DNA of 64,000 nucleotides from Planctomycetota bacterium (GTDB lineage: Bacteria; Planctomycetota; JAJSAM01; JAJVHW01). Numbering within the stretch: the first letter of the stretch is position 1; the number at the start of each line of letters is the position of its first letter. Shown here in pieces: positions 11,148 to 20,579 of this stretch. The notes below the pieces were generated by a model. That model ran no database searches, was not told the origin of the DNA, and saw only the letters and a list, made by a program, of their open reading frames with translations. The stretch covers positions 192,001 through 256,000 of the forward strand of contig CBDFJG010000003.1 of assembly GCA_965248445.1 (NCBI GenBank), read 5' to 3'. Both the position numbers and the translations under genes were made by a program.

Positions 11148-11247
11148 TCGACGCGGCCTCCGGGCAGGCGAAACGCAGGCGGGCGGCGGAACGAAACTTG
11201 GATCCGGGGCCGCGGGGGGGTCACTTCAGCAAGTGGGAGGTCACGCG

Positions 11248-12075
11248 ATGCGAACGGTCCGACTGGCACGAGTTCTGATCGCACTCGGGGCCGTAGTCAC
11301 GCTACTGCCGGCGTGCAAGTCGTCGGGGGGCGCGGAGAAGGCCGCACCGCCGCGGCCCGCAGTGTTCCCATCCGAGTGGCGGGCCGTCGATCTCACGCGG
11401 CCGGTTGACGGCGACACACCGCACCTGCCGACGCTGGACGGGTTCCGCTACGAGCGCCTGCCGATCCGGTCCGGGCCGGGCGGCCGGCGCGAGGCCGCGT
11501 ACTCGCTGATCGAGAGCGCCGGGACGCACCTCACGGCGCCGGCGGCGTACTCCGCCGGCGGCACGACCGTGGAGTCCGTGGACGCCGCCGTCGTGCGGCC
11601 GCTCATCGTCCTCCGTGCCCCCGACGGCGCCACGGGCGCACTTCCCTCGGCGGCAATACGCGCATTCGAGGGCGTCCACGGACCGATACCCCGCGGCGCC
11701 GTCGTGGTCTTGCAGACAGGACGCAGCGGCGGCAGCGCGCGCGATCTCGAGACCGCGCTGCGCACCAGTCCGGGGTTCGCCGCGGAGACCGTCCGCTTCC
11801 TCGCCGGTGAGCGGGGGGTGTACGCGATCGGGACCGACTCCCTTGCCATCGACGACGGCGGCGCCGTGGATCGCGCCGACGCAGCGCGCGCGGCCGCCGA
11901 TGCGGGTCTCATGACCGTCTCGGCATTGACGGGACTCGCGCGGCTACCTGCGACCGGCGCGTACGTGCTACTCGGTGTGGTGCCCCTGCGGGGAGCGGGC
12001 GCGGCGCCGGTGCGGGCGGTTGCGCTCGTGCCCAACGCGCCGGCGACCGCGCCGGCGACTGCGCCTTCGAGGTGA
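11248..12075 (+). CDS. Cyclase/kynurenine formamidase-fold lipoprotein with degenerate metal site
   Basis: Lipobox VTLLPAC, plus DLTRPV, GTHLTAP, VVLQTG, PGF, IGTDSLAID and APVRAVA motifs. Confidence 0.75.
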   Translation: MRTVRLARVLIALGAVVTLLPACKSSGGAEKAAPPRPAVFPSEWRAVDLTRPVDGDTPHLPTLDGFRYERLPIRSGPGGRREAAYSLIESAGTHLTAPAAYSAGGTTVESVDAAVVRPLIVLRAPDGATGALPSAAIRAFEGVHGPIPRGAVVVLQTGRSGGSARDLETALRTSPGFAAETVRFLAGERGVYAIGTDSLAIDDGGAVDRADAARAAADAGLMTVSALTGLARLPATGAYVLLGVVPLRGAGAAPVRAVALVPNAPATAPATAPSR

Positions 12076-12308
12076 GCAGGCCACCGCCCCGGCGTCCCGG
12101 AGAGTTCTCGGTCCGGCCGGGCCAGCAAACCCGCGGGACCGGCGACGAGCCGTCGCGTCGCCGGATCGCGGTCGAGATCCTCGTATTCGCGCTGCTCTGC
12201 CTGGTCGTGGGCGCCGCGATCGTGGCGGTACAGGTCGCGCGGAAGGGCGATCAGGTGCTGCATTTCGACCCGCACAACCGGTCGAAGAGGCTCGACGACG
12301 GACGGTGA
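12072..12308 (+). CDS. Small single-TM hypothetical protein
   Basis: GTGA overlap with the upstream stop and one hydrophobic helix (ILVFALLCLVVGAAIVAV). Confidence 0.6.
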   Translation: MSRPPPRRPGEFSVRPGQQTRGTGDEPSRRRIAVEILVFALLCLVVGAAIVAVQVARKGDQVLHFDPHNRSKRLDDGR

Positions 12309-12394
12309 GCGCGAAGCCCGGGTTACCCCGACAGGCTGCTCTGGGGGCATAATCACCGTGGCGGCGTGGAGTCGGGGCCCGCCGGTGGAGGCGC

Positions 12395-13705
12395 ATGGCG
12401 CGATTCGCTTACGCATATGCGGGCGCCGCTTGCTTGGCGGCGGCCCTCTTGGTGCTGCCCGCGTCTTTGTTCGACGCGGTCGCAGGGGACGATGCGTTCA
12501 CGGCGTCCGTCCTCTCCAAGCGCTTCCCCGACCCGGATGCCAAAGCCGACGACGACGCGTTCGTGGGCACCGCCGCCTGCGCCGAGTGCCACGAGGAGCG
12601 CCACGGAAGCCTGCTGACGTCGTTCCACGCCGGCGTTCTCGAGCGCACGGACTCGCGGGGCTGCGAGACCTGCCACGGTCCCGGCAAGGAGCACGCAGAG
12701 ACCGAGGGCGACGAGCCTCTGCGCGATCCGTTCGCCGCCGACGCGGAGGAGCTCCTCGGGCTCTGCCTGCGCTGTCACGCGGGTGTGCTCACCCACGATC
12801 GTGGCAGTCACCGCGCGTGGGTCTTCCCCGCGGGGCCGTCCGGCGATCCGCGCTCGTGCACGCAGTGCCACGAGGTGCACGTCGATCGAGAGGATCCCGC
12901 GTTCCGCCGCGGCACCGGGCGGTTCCGGACTCGCGCCCAACTCGCCAAGCACGCGGAGTGGATCCCCGCCCGCCGCTGCATCGAGTGCCACGCGGACTTC
13001 CACCCACAGATGGCCCGCTCGGGCCACGCGAACCTCGTCACCGAGGACAAGCAATGCGGGACCTGTCACGGTAACGGCTCGCTGCACGCCGGATCCGCCG
13101 GACGCGCGGCCCTCATCCTGCACGCGCCTCAGCAGCACGCCAAGGACGTGAACGAGGGCTGCCTGGACTGCCATCGCGGCGGCGACGCGGTGATGCGATG
13201 GACGTGCGCGGAGCACGCACGGGAGCGCATCCGGTGCACGACGTGCCACGATCCGAACGCCGCGCGGGGCAAGACGATCCGCGCCCCCGAGTACGAGCTG
13301 TGCGGCAGCTGTCACACAGATGTCGCTGCGTCGTTCCGCCTGCCCAACGGGCACGCAGTCGCGCGTGGGCGGGTGAAGTGCAGCGACTGTCACGATCCCC
13401 ACGGAAACCGCGGTCGCGTGCGGGATCGTCACGTCCGACAGCGGAGTTGTGCGCGGTGCCACGCGGAGAAGACCGGGCCGTTCTTGCACGACCACGGCAT
13501 CAAGCGCACGGAAGGCTGCATGGCGTGCCACGCGCCGCATGGCTCGCCGCACAAGAGAGCGCTCACCCATCCGCGCATCAAGCCCCTCTGCCTGCAGTGT
13601 CATCCCGAGACGCCGCACGATCTTGCGCAGCGCCGCTACGACAACTGCATCCGGTGTCACACGGAGATCCACGGCAGCGACCTGGACCGCCTGTACCGCC
13701 GATGA
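12395..13705 (+). CDS. MtrA/DmsE-family periplasmic multiheme cytochrome c with 14 CxxCH motifs
   Basis: Signal peptide and 14 CxxCH counted by hand. Family signatures FVG..CxxCH, CETCHGPG..H, CSDCHDPHG, CHAEKTGPF..H and CH..IHGS are present. GGAGG RBS upstream. Confidence 0.92.
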   Translation: MARFAYAYAGAACLAAALLVLPASLFDAVAGDDAFTASVLSKRFPDPDAKADDDAFVGTAACAECHEERHGSLLTSFHAGVLERTDSRGCETCHGPGKEHAETEGDEPLRDPFAADAEELLGLCLRCHAGVLTHDRGSHRAWVFPAGPSGDPRSCTQCHEVHVDREDPAFRRGTGRFRTRAQLAKHAEWIPARRCIECHADFHPQMARSGHANLVTEDKQCGTCHGNGSLHAGSAGRAALILHAPQQHAKDVNEGCLDCHRGGDAVMRWTCAEHARERIRCTTCHDPNAARGKTIRAPEYELCGSCHTDVAASFRLPNGHAVARGRVKCSDCHDPHGNRGRVRDRHVRQRSCARCHAEKTGPFLHDHGIKRTEGCMACHAPHGSPHKRALTHPRIKPLCLQCHPETPHDLAQRRYDNCIRCHTEIHGSDLDRLYRR

Positions 13706-15753
13706 CCGCACACTCCGCCTGCCGGGGGATCGCGTTGCTGGCGTGTTCGATGTCTCTCGTGCTCCCCCCGCGCGCAAGCGCCGACGACACAGACGATCCA
13801 GCGCCGGTGGACTACACGGTCGTGTCGGACGACCCGGTCGACGAACTGGACGACGTGGAGGAACTCGACGATCTGGACGAGTTCGAGGACGAACCGGACG
13901 ACGAGCCCAGCACACTGAGCATCGAAGGCACCGTGCGGGCCGGCTGGCGCTTCCTCAGCGGCCGCGACGAGGGACGATTCCTCCAGGACATCAACCTCGG
14001 CCCCGGTCCGCGGCTGTTCGACTTCATCGTGGCTGTGCGCGACTCGAGCGAGGACGCGCTGATCGACGAGCTGGAGTTGCAACTGCGCGACGTCGGGGAG
14101 CGGTCGAGCGACGGCCGCATCGTGCTGCGGCGCAGCGACAAGGTGCAGATCGAGGGCGGCTACTCACGCGATTTGTTCGACTACCGCGCCGGCGGCGATC
14201 CGTTCCCACTGGACACCGTGCGCGAGCGGTCGTTCACGAGAGTGCGGCTCAGTCCCTCGCGCAAGGTCACCGTGCGCGCCGGGTGGGAGCGCAGCCGCGT
14301 GCGCGGCGACGCCGAGCGGCGCGGCGACACCGACCTGCGGGAAGCGCCGCCCCCCGCGGGGGTCGACGAGGACATCGTGTTCGTGAACCGGCCACTCGAC
14401 CAGCTGTTCGACACCTTCGACCTCGGTGTGGACGCGAGCGTCGGCGTGGTCCGCCTCGGCCTCACGCAGACCGTCCGCCGCGGCCGCATCGACGACGAGC
14501 GGCTCTACGACGTACCCCCCGCCCGCCGCGGTCTCGATCCTGTCCGCGAACAACTGCGGCGCCGCGTGCGCTCGACGTTCTGGACGACCACGTTCAAGGC
14601 CGCCGCAACGGTGTTCGAGGGTTCGCTGGACCTCTCGCTGATCGCGCAGGCGTCCCGCGGTCCGTCGGAAGCGCGTTTCTCGGGAAACTCGGCCGGCTTC
14701 GACAACGCGTTCGAGGGCGGGACTCCGAAGGGTGCGTTCACCGCGTCGACGGGCGGCGACACCGACATCGACAAGCGCGCGTCGATCTGGACGTTCGACG
14801 GGGACTGGCAGGTCCTCGACGAGCTCGAGATCAGCCTCTCCTTCGAGCAGGACGAGGTGGTCGAGGACGCAGAGCTCGACCTGACCGAGAGTCGCATCTA
14901 CGAGCGAGTGGACGTCGGCCGCGAGCAGATCATCACCCGCCGGAGGGGTCGGGCCACCAACCGTGTGGACCGGTCGCTGATCGAGGCGATCTACGACGTC
15001 ACGGAGAAGGTCCGCGCACGCGCCGGCAGGGAGTGGCTGCGGCAGGATGTGGAGTCGCCGTTCGAGACCCGCCGAGGAACTCCGCGCGCCGGCGAGATCC
15101 GGGGCTCGGCGGCCCGCTGGGTGGCGGGGCTCGACGTCGATGCAAGCGACGACGTCTCGCTCTCGCTGTTGGTGCGCCACTCCGACGAGGACGAACCGCA
15201 CGCGGCCCGCAGCGCGGAACACGCGGACGAGGTCTCGTTTCGCGCGCGGGCACGGCTCAGCAAGCCGCTCCGCGTGACCGGGACGCACCGATACAAGGGT
15301 TTCCAGAATGGCGACAAGTTCGATTCGCAATCGCGCGCACACACGTCGGCCCTTGCGGCGACGTACTCGCAGGGCAAGTGGACCGCGAACGTGACCCTCT
15401 CCCACCAGCAAGTCACGACCCGGACGGACACGAGCATCCTGTTCTTCGACGGGACGTCGCTCGTGCGCCTCGCCCCGACCCTCTCGTTCGCCACGCGCGA
15501 CATGATCCTGTCCGGTGGCGCGTCGTACGAAGTCGCGCCGGGCCTGCGTCTGCGGGGCGACGCTGTGCTGACCCGCACGACGGGGGATCGCGAGATCTCG
15601 ACGCACGCGCTCTCGATCGGCGCCGAGCACGACCTCCGCGACGACGTCACGATCGCGGCGGCAGTGCGGTCCTGGCGCTTCAACGAGCATGGCCGAAGCG
15701 TCGACGACTACGACTCCGAGGCCCTGGAACTGTGGGTGGAGTGGCGCTTCTGA
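13702..15753 (+). CDS. MtrB/PioB-like outer-membrane beta-barrel (porin partner of the cytochrome)
   Basis: ATGA coupling to the cytochrome stop, signal peptide ending ASA-DD, alternating amphipathic strands and C-terminal VEWRF. About 683 aa. Confidence 0.82.
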   Translation: MTAHSACRGIALLACSMSLVLPPRASADDTDDPAPVDYTVVSDDPVDELDDVEELDDLDEFEDEPDDEPSTLSIEGTVRAGWRFLSGRDEGRFLQDINLGPGPRLFDFIVAVRDSSEDALIDELELQLRDVGERSSDGRIVLRRSDKVQIEGGYSRDLFDYRAGGDPFPLDTVRERSFTRVRLSPSRKVTVRAGWERSRVRGDAERRGDTDLREAPPPAGVDEDIVFVNRPLDQLFDTFDLGVDASVGVVRLGLTQTVRRGRIDDERLYDVPPARRGLDPVREQLRRRVRSTFWTTTFKAAATVFEGSLDLSLIAQASRGPSEARFSGNSAGFDNAFEGGTPKGAFTASTGGDTDIDKRASIWTFDGDWQVLDELEISLSFEQDEVVEDAELDLTESRIYERVDVGREQIITRRRGRATNRVDRSLIEAIYDVTEKVRARAGREWLRQDVESPFETRRGTPRAGEIRGSAARWVAGLDVDASDDVSLSLLVRHSDEDEPHAARSAEHADEVSFRARARLSKPLRVTGTHRYKGFQNGDKFDSQSRAHTSALAATYSQGKWTANVTLSHQQVTTRTDTSILFFDGTSLVRLAPTLSFATRDMILSGGASYEVAPGLRLRGDAVLTRTTGDREISTHALSIGAEHDLRDDVTIAAAVRSWRFNEHGRSVDDYDSEALELWVEWRF

Positions 15754-16394
15754 TGAGCGCCGACGCGGACGACCCCCCGCCGCTCTCGTGGCAACGCCTG
15801 CGTCGCGCCCGCGCGTCGATCGCGGAGCGCTGGCCCTCACCGTTCCGCCTGCCGCTGATCAAGCGTCCGTCCGACGCGCTGTACGGCGCGGTGATGCCGG
15901 GTGATCGCGTCCTCGACGTGGGAGCCGGCGACAACCGGCGCCGCGAGCGGGTCGCGGCCATCTTCCCGGACATCGAGTACGTCTCCGTGGATCCCGATCC
16001 CGAAGCGGGCGCAGACCACACGTCGATGAGCAAGGTGACCGGCGAGTTCCAGGTCGCGGTCCTGTTCGAGGTGCTCGAGCACATGCGTCCTGAGAACGGT
16101 GTCGACCTGCTGCGGGAGGTCCACGCCCGACTCGATGGCATCGTGATCGTCTCCGTTCCGTGCACGCACACCCCCGGGCGGTACCTGCGCGACTGCACGC
16201 ACGTCACGCCCTGGGCGCACGACGAACTCGGTGCCGCACTTGTGCTCGCCGGGTTCGACGTCATGTCGCTCAGCCGGTCGTTCGCGGCCCCTGCACTTCA
16301 GCGCCTGCTGCGCAGGTTCGTCCTCGGCCCGGTGGGCCACCTCTTCGGCCTCGACTACGCGCAGAGCGTCGTGGCGGTCGCCCGCCGAGCCTGA
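15753..16394 (+). CDS. Class I SAM-dependent methyltransferase
   Basis: TGATG coupling to the porin stop. Motifs RVLDVGAG, VDPD and FEVLEH. Confidence 0.85.
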   Translation: MSADADDPPPLSWQRLRRARASIAERWPSPFRLPLIKRPSDALYGAVMPGDRVLDVGAGDNRRRERVAAIFPDIEYVSVDPDPEAGADHTSMSKVTGEFQVAVLFEVLEHMRPENGVDLLREVHARLDGIVIVSVPCTHTPGRYLRDCTHVTPWAHDELGAALVLAGFDVMSLSRSFAAPALQRLLRRFVLGPVGHLFGLDYAQSVVAVARRA

Positions 16395-16486
16395 GACGAG
16401 CCTGAAGAGCCGCCGGCTTCACCGCCCCGCGCGAGGCTGCCGATGAGGACTCGATTGGCCGGGGTTCTTCCCCGCTGGAGGTCGTC

Positions 16487-19400
16487 TTGCCCCTGACATC
16501 GGCTCCCCGCACTCCACTCCGCTCGCTGCGCAGGACCGTCCTGGCCGGGATCGTCCTGCTGGCGGCGGCCTGTGGGCGCGACGTCGACGAGCACGTCCGG
16601 TACGCGAAGTTGCAGGACGACCGCGGAGACCACGTCGCCGCAGTCGCGTCGTGGAGCGAGGCGATCGAACAGGCTCCGCAGCGCGCCGAGCTCTACGTCG
16701 GCCGCGGCCGGTCGCACCTGTCGAGCCGCCAGTTCGCGGACGCCCGCAAGGACCTCCTCGCGGCCCTCGAGCGCGAGCCGGCGCTCGTCGACGCGCGCTT
16801 CCTGCTCGTCGAGACGTGGCTGGAGCAAGGCGATCACGATCGCGCGTTCGCGGCGACCGAGGGCCTGGAGACCGCCGGCGCAACCCGCGCCGAACGGGTG
16901 CGGGGCCGCATCCGGTTGTCGCGAGGAACCACGACGCTCCGCACACTGATCGACCAAATCGCCGTCAGCAAGCCCGCCGACGAGAACGCGATCTTCCGCG
17001 ACATCGTGGCCCTCGCATTCGCCGGTGCCAGACGTCGCATGTCCGACGAGCAGCAACTCGACGAAGTCCGGACGCTCGTGGGAGCGCTGGACAGCGCAGA
17101 ACAGGATCTCGCGGATGCAGCGCGGCACCTGACGGCCGCGGCCGGCGGCCAGGGGAACGAAGCATACGAAGCGGTCTGCGACCTCGCGCAGCTCGACCTT
17201 CTGGCGTCGCGCCCGAAGTCCGGCACGGCACGACTCAAGGACGTGCTCGCCCGCAATCCGGTTGGGCCGACGCGCACGCGCGTCATGGAGTTGCAGGCCG
17301 AGTGCGCCGAGCGGTCCGGGGATCTCGAGGGAGCGATAGCGGCTCTCAACGTCGCGATCCAAGAGAACGACCGAAACGCCGATCTGAGATTCGCCCGCGC
17401 GATGCTGCTTCTCAAGCTCGGCCGAACCGACGACGCAGCACAGGACGCGGACGTCGTCGCGGCAGATCCGTACCGCAAGACGCAGACCGCAATGCTCAGC
17501 GGCGTCACCAAGCTGCTTGAAGGCGATCCCGTCGGATCCGTGGGCGACTTCCAGTACGTCGCCGCCACGGCGAGTGGTGCTCCGCTCTCGCACCTGTGGC
17601 TCGGACTGGCGCTCTCCGCCGCAGAAGCCGACCACGCGTCGGTGATGTCGGCGTTCACACGCAGCGTCGAGATCGATCCGCGCCTCTACGTCGGTCACCT
17701 CGGACGCGCGACGACCGCCCTCGCCGCCGGCTGGGACGCCGAAGCGCTCGCGCACGCGGAGCGTTGCACCGACCTCGAGCCGGAACGCGCTGCCGGCTGG
17801 CTCGTGCTCGGCGAGAGCCACGTGCGGATCGGCTCGGCGGCGGAACGCCGCCGCGACCGCGAGGCGTCGTTCGCACGTGCCGCGGTCGCGCTCGGGCACG
17901 CCCTGCAGCTCGATCCCGGCGGTGTTACCGGTCAGGAAGCACTGATGATGCGCAACGTCGTGACCGGCCGGCTCGCCGACGGCGTCAGCGCGCTGCGCGC
18001 GGCGCTCGTCTATGCAGGAGAGCCGCATCTGCTCGTCAGCCTCGGCGAACTCCTGATGGCGGACCGCCGGATCGACGAGGGACTGGAGTTCCTGCGGGAG
18101 GCCGTCGCCGCCGCCCCCACGGACCCCCGCACGGTGTCCGCACTTGCGCACGCGCTTCACGGGCAGCACAGACCCGAGGAAGCGCTCGACGTGCTGCGCG
18201 CCGCCGTGAGCTCGAGTGGCGACGGCGGGCTGTGGGTTCTCCTCGCGCAATTCGAGATCACGCTGAGTCGCGACGCAGCCGCGGCGGAGTCTCTCCGCAC
18301 GGCGCGATCCGCCCACCCGCAGCACGCAGGATTGATCGCACTCGAGTTGGATCTAGCGCTCGCCCGGGATGACCTGGCGGCGGCCGAATCCGCATGCGAC
18401 GCCGGTCTCGCGCTCGACAGCGGGACGCGCGCATTCCACTGGAGCGGCGGTCTGAAGGCCTTGCGCGGTGACCACGAGTCCGCGCAGAAGGCGCTCGTGG
18501 CGTCGGTGGATCGGTTTCCCGCGGACCCCGTGCTCTGGGCGTCGCTGGCGATCGTCGCGGCGCGACAGAACGATGAGACGCTCGCACTCGTGTCCGCGCG
18601 CAACGCTGTCGATCGGGCCGGCGCCGACATGCCCCTGATCGCAGCGGCCGTGCTCGCGATGCTCGAGGTGGGAGCGCCGGAGAGCGCATGGGCAACGGCC
18701 CGCGATGCAGGTGCACTCAGCGATCTGGGCCGGCGCGTGCTCCACGCTCACGTGGAGCACGCCGACTCATCCGACAAGGCGCGCGTCGCGCTGCTGGATC
18801 TACACCTGCGGGCGCTGACCACTGGTCTCGGGCTGCACGACGGGCCCTCGGGGCAGGAACGACGCGCGGCGGCGCTCGCCACCGGGACGCACCGCGACCT
18901 GGTCCTGCTCGACATGCTCGGCAACGCCCACCTCGCCCGGGGTGACATCGGCGGCGCCACCGTCCACTACGAGCGCATCGTGGAACTTGAGCCGGACCTG
19001 TTCGCCGCACGCGAGAAGCTGGCGCTCATCCGGATCGGCGCCGGCCAGGACCGCGCGGCGCTCGAGGACCTGCACGCGCTGTTCCGCCGCGGGGAGGCCG
19101 GACCGCGCGCCCACGCACTTGCCGGTCTCCTCTACGACTCGCAGAACAACGTCGAAGGGGCCCGCCGGCATCTCGAGATGGCCGCGCGGATGGCGCCGAA
19201 CGACGCAGACATCCTGGCCCGGCTCGCACACATACTGGAGCGCGACGGCAACCACCTCCGCGCGCGAAAACGCTGGGAGCAGGTGCTCGAGATCGCACCG
19301 ATGCACCCGATGGCGAACGCACGCGTAGCGGATCTGGTCGTGGGCCACGACGCGCGCAGGGCAGAGACGTTGGCCCGCCGCGCGGTGGCATCGGCGCCGG

Positions 19401-20065
19401 CCGCACCGTTCGCTCGCCGTGCCCTGGCCCGCGCTCTCGCGTTCGCCGATCGCACCGAGGAAGCACTGGCCGAGCTGGACAAGGTGCACGTGCTCGACGC
19501 CGCGGATGCGAAGGCGTGGGCGCTGCGCGGCACGCTGCTCTTCTCGCTTGATCGCCGCGAGGAGGCGCGCAGCGCGTTCACGCAGGCCGTCGCGGCAGAT
19601 GAGTCGAACGCGATGGCGCACCTGTACGTGGGCCTGCTTGCAGAGCAGGACGGCGACGTCGGCGCGGCCTCGCGCTCGTACGAGCGAGTCCTCGAACTGG
19701 AGCCGAACCACACGATCGCGCTGAACAACCTCGCCGACGTGCTGCTGCGCACCGGAGGAGATCTGCAGCGCGCGCTGCGTCTCGCGAAGAGCGCGGTGCA
19801 ACGGTCGGGAGGACGGGGCGAGATGCTCGACACGCTCGGGTGGATCGAGTTCCGCCTGGGCGAGCACGAGACGGCATGCGCGACCCTTCAGCGCGCCGTC
19901 TCGGCGACGCCGGCGGCGAGCTCGGCCCGGTATCACCTGGCCGAGGCGCTCGCAGCGGCGGGACGCCTTCACGAGTGCGCCCGCGAGCTCGACGTGCTCG
20001 ACCGCACCGGCGACTACCCCGAGCGGGCCGCGGCCGCGGCGCTGCGCCGCCGGCACGGCCTCTAG
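16487..20065 (+). CDS. Large TPR-repeat lipoprotein (PrsT-like architecture)
   Basis: Lipobox LLAAAC and TPR periodicity over about 1190 aa. C-terminal ALNNLA...LDTLGWI...RYHLA. Confidence 0.85.
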   Translation: MPLTSAPRTPLRSLRRTVLAGIVLLAAACGRDVDEHVRYAKLQDDRGDHVAAVASWSEAIEQAPQRAELYVGRGRSHLSSRQFADARKDLLAALEREPALVDARFLLVETWLEQGDHDRAFAATEGLETAGATRAERVRGRIRLSRGTTTLRTLIDQIAVSKPADENAIFRDIVALAFAGARRRMSDEQQLDEVRTLVGALDSAEQDLADAARHLTAAAGGQGNEAYEAVCDLAQLDLLASRPKSGTARLKDVLARNPVGPTRTRVMELQAECAERSGDLEGAIAALNVAIQENDRNADLRFARAMLLLKLGRTDDAAQDADVVAADPYRKTQTAMLSGVTKLLEGDPVGSVGDFQYVAATASGAPLSHLWLGLALSAAEADHASVMSAFTRSVEIDPRLYVGHLGRATTALAAGWDAEALAHAERCTDLEPERAAGWLVLGESHVRIGSAAERRRDREASFARAAVALGHALQLDPGGVTGQEALMMRNVVTGRLADGVSALRAALVYAGEPHLLVSLGELLMADRRIDEGLEFLREAVAAAPTDPRTVSALAHALHGQHRPEEALDVLRAAVSSSGDGGLWVLLAQFEITLSRDAAAAESLRTARSAHPQHAGLIALELDLALARDDLAAAESACDAGLALDSGTRAFHWSGGLKALRGDHESAQKALVASVDRFPADPVLWASLAIVAARQNDETLALVSARNAVDRAGADMPLIAAAVLAMLEVGAPESAWATARDAGALSDLGRRVLHAHVEHADSSDKARVALLDLHLRALTTGLGLHDGPSGQERRAAALATGTHRDLVLLDMLGNAHLARGDIGGATVHYERIVELEPDLFAAREKLALIRIGAGQDRAALEDLHALFRRGEAGPRAHALAGLLYDSQNNVEGARRHLEMAARMAPNDADILARLAHILERDGNHLRARKRWEQVLEIAPMHPMANARVADLVVGHDARRAETLARRAVASAPAAPFARRALARALAFADRTEEALAELDKVHVLDAADAKAWALRGTLLFSLDRREEARSAFTQAVAADESNAMAHLYVGLLAEQDGDVGAASRSYERVLELEPNHTIALNNLADVLLRTGGDLQRALRLAKSAVQRSGGRGEMLDTLGWIEFRLGEHETACATLQRAVSATPAASSARYHLAEALAAAGRLHECARELDVLDRTGDYPERAAAAALRRRHGL

Positions 20066-20097
20066 TCGCCACGATCTCTAGCCGGCATGGCCCCTAG

Positions 20098-20222
20098 GAA
20101 GCGCGTTGAACGGTCACGCGCTCTTGTCGCACCCCCCCGAGCAGCCTCGGGCTAACGCCCGTACTCGGCCCCCGTCCCGGGCCCATGTTTGTTTCCAAAC
20201 AGACCACAACGAGAGGGTGCTG
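20098..20222 (-). ncRNA. Candidate structured small RNA (unassigned family)
   Basis: The outer stem 20129-20139/20210-20220 pairs fully only on the minus strand (G-U pairs). It encloses a UGUUUG-GAAA-CAAACA hairpin and further hairpins, and a GCGCGU/ACGCGC hairpin follows. It sits in a 514-bp gap between convergent genes. Confidence 0.4.
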
Positions 20223-20579
20223 CCGCGGAGTAGCACCACGCGTGCCGTGGCGGAGGGCGTGCGGTCGAATCTCCCCAAACCTCTACACATCAAGACGTTG
20301 TGACCGTATTGAGGCTCACGAGCAGGGCGCCGCGCTGTCGATCCGCTGCGACGCTGGAAGTGCGGCTGTCCCGCCTCCGCCTCAACGCAGTGCGCTCTGC
20401 ACGGACGGCAGCGCCAGAGTGGTGAATTCCCGCAACGTGGTTTCGGCCCCGTCCTGCTCCCGCTCGGTGGTCGCGGGAACGGTCCGACGGACCAGCGCCG
20501 ATCGCCGCGCAGCGGCACAAGGAGCGTCCTGCGGACGGTCCGGGACGAGAGCCACCCCCGCCCCATCAGTCGCTGCATG

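Noticed and set aside
13198..16394. 851-aa and 981-aa ORF-track versions of the porin and methyltransferase
   Set aside because: The upstream extensions overlap other genes. Coupled starts at 13702 and 15753 fit better.
20081..20300. Resemblance to HDV or twister ribozyme, tmRNA or tRNA-Sec
   Set aside because: Only short coincidental matches. The required pseudoknots, T-loop and CCA end were not found.
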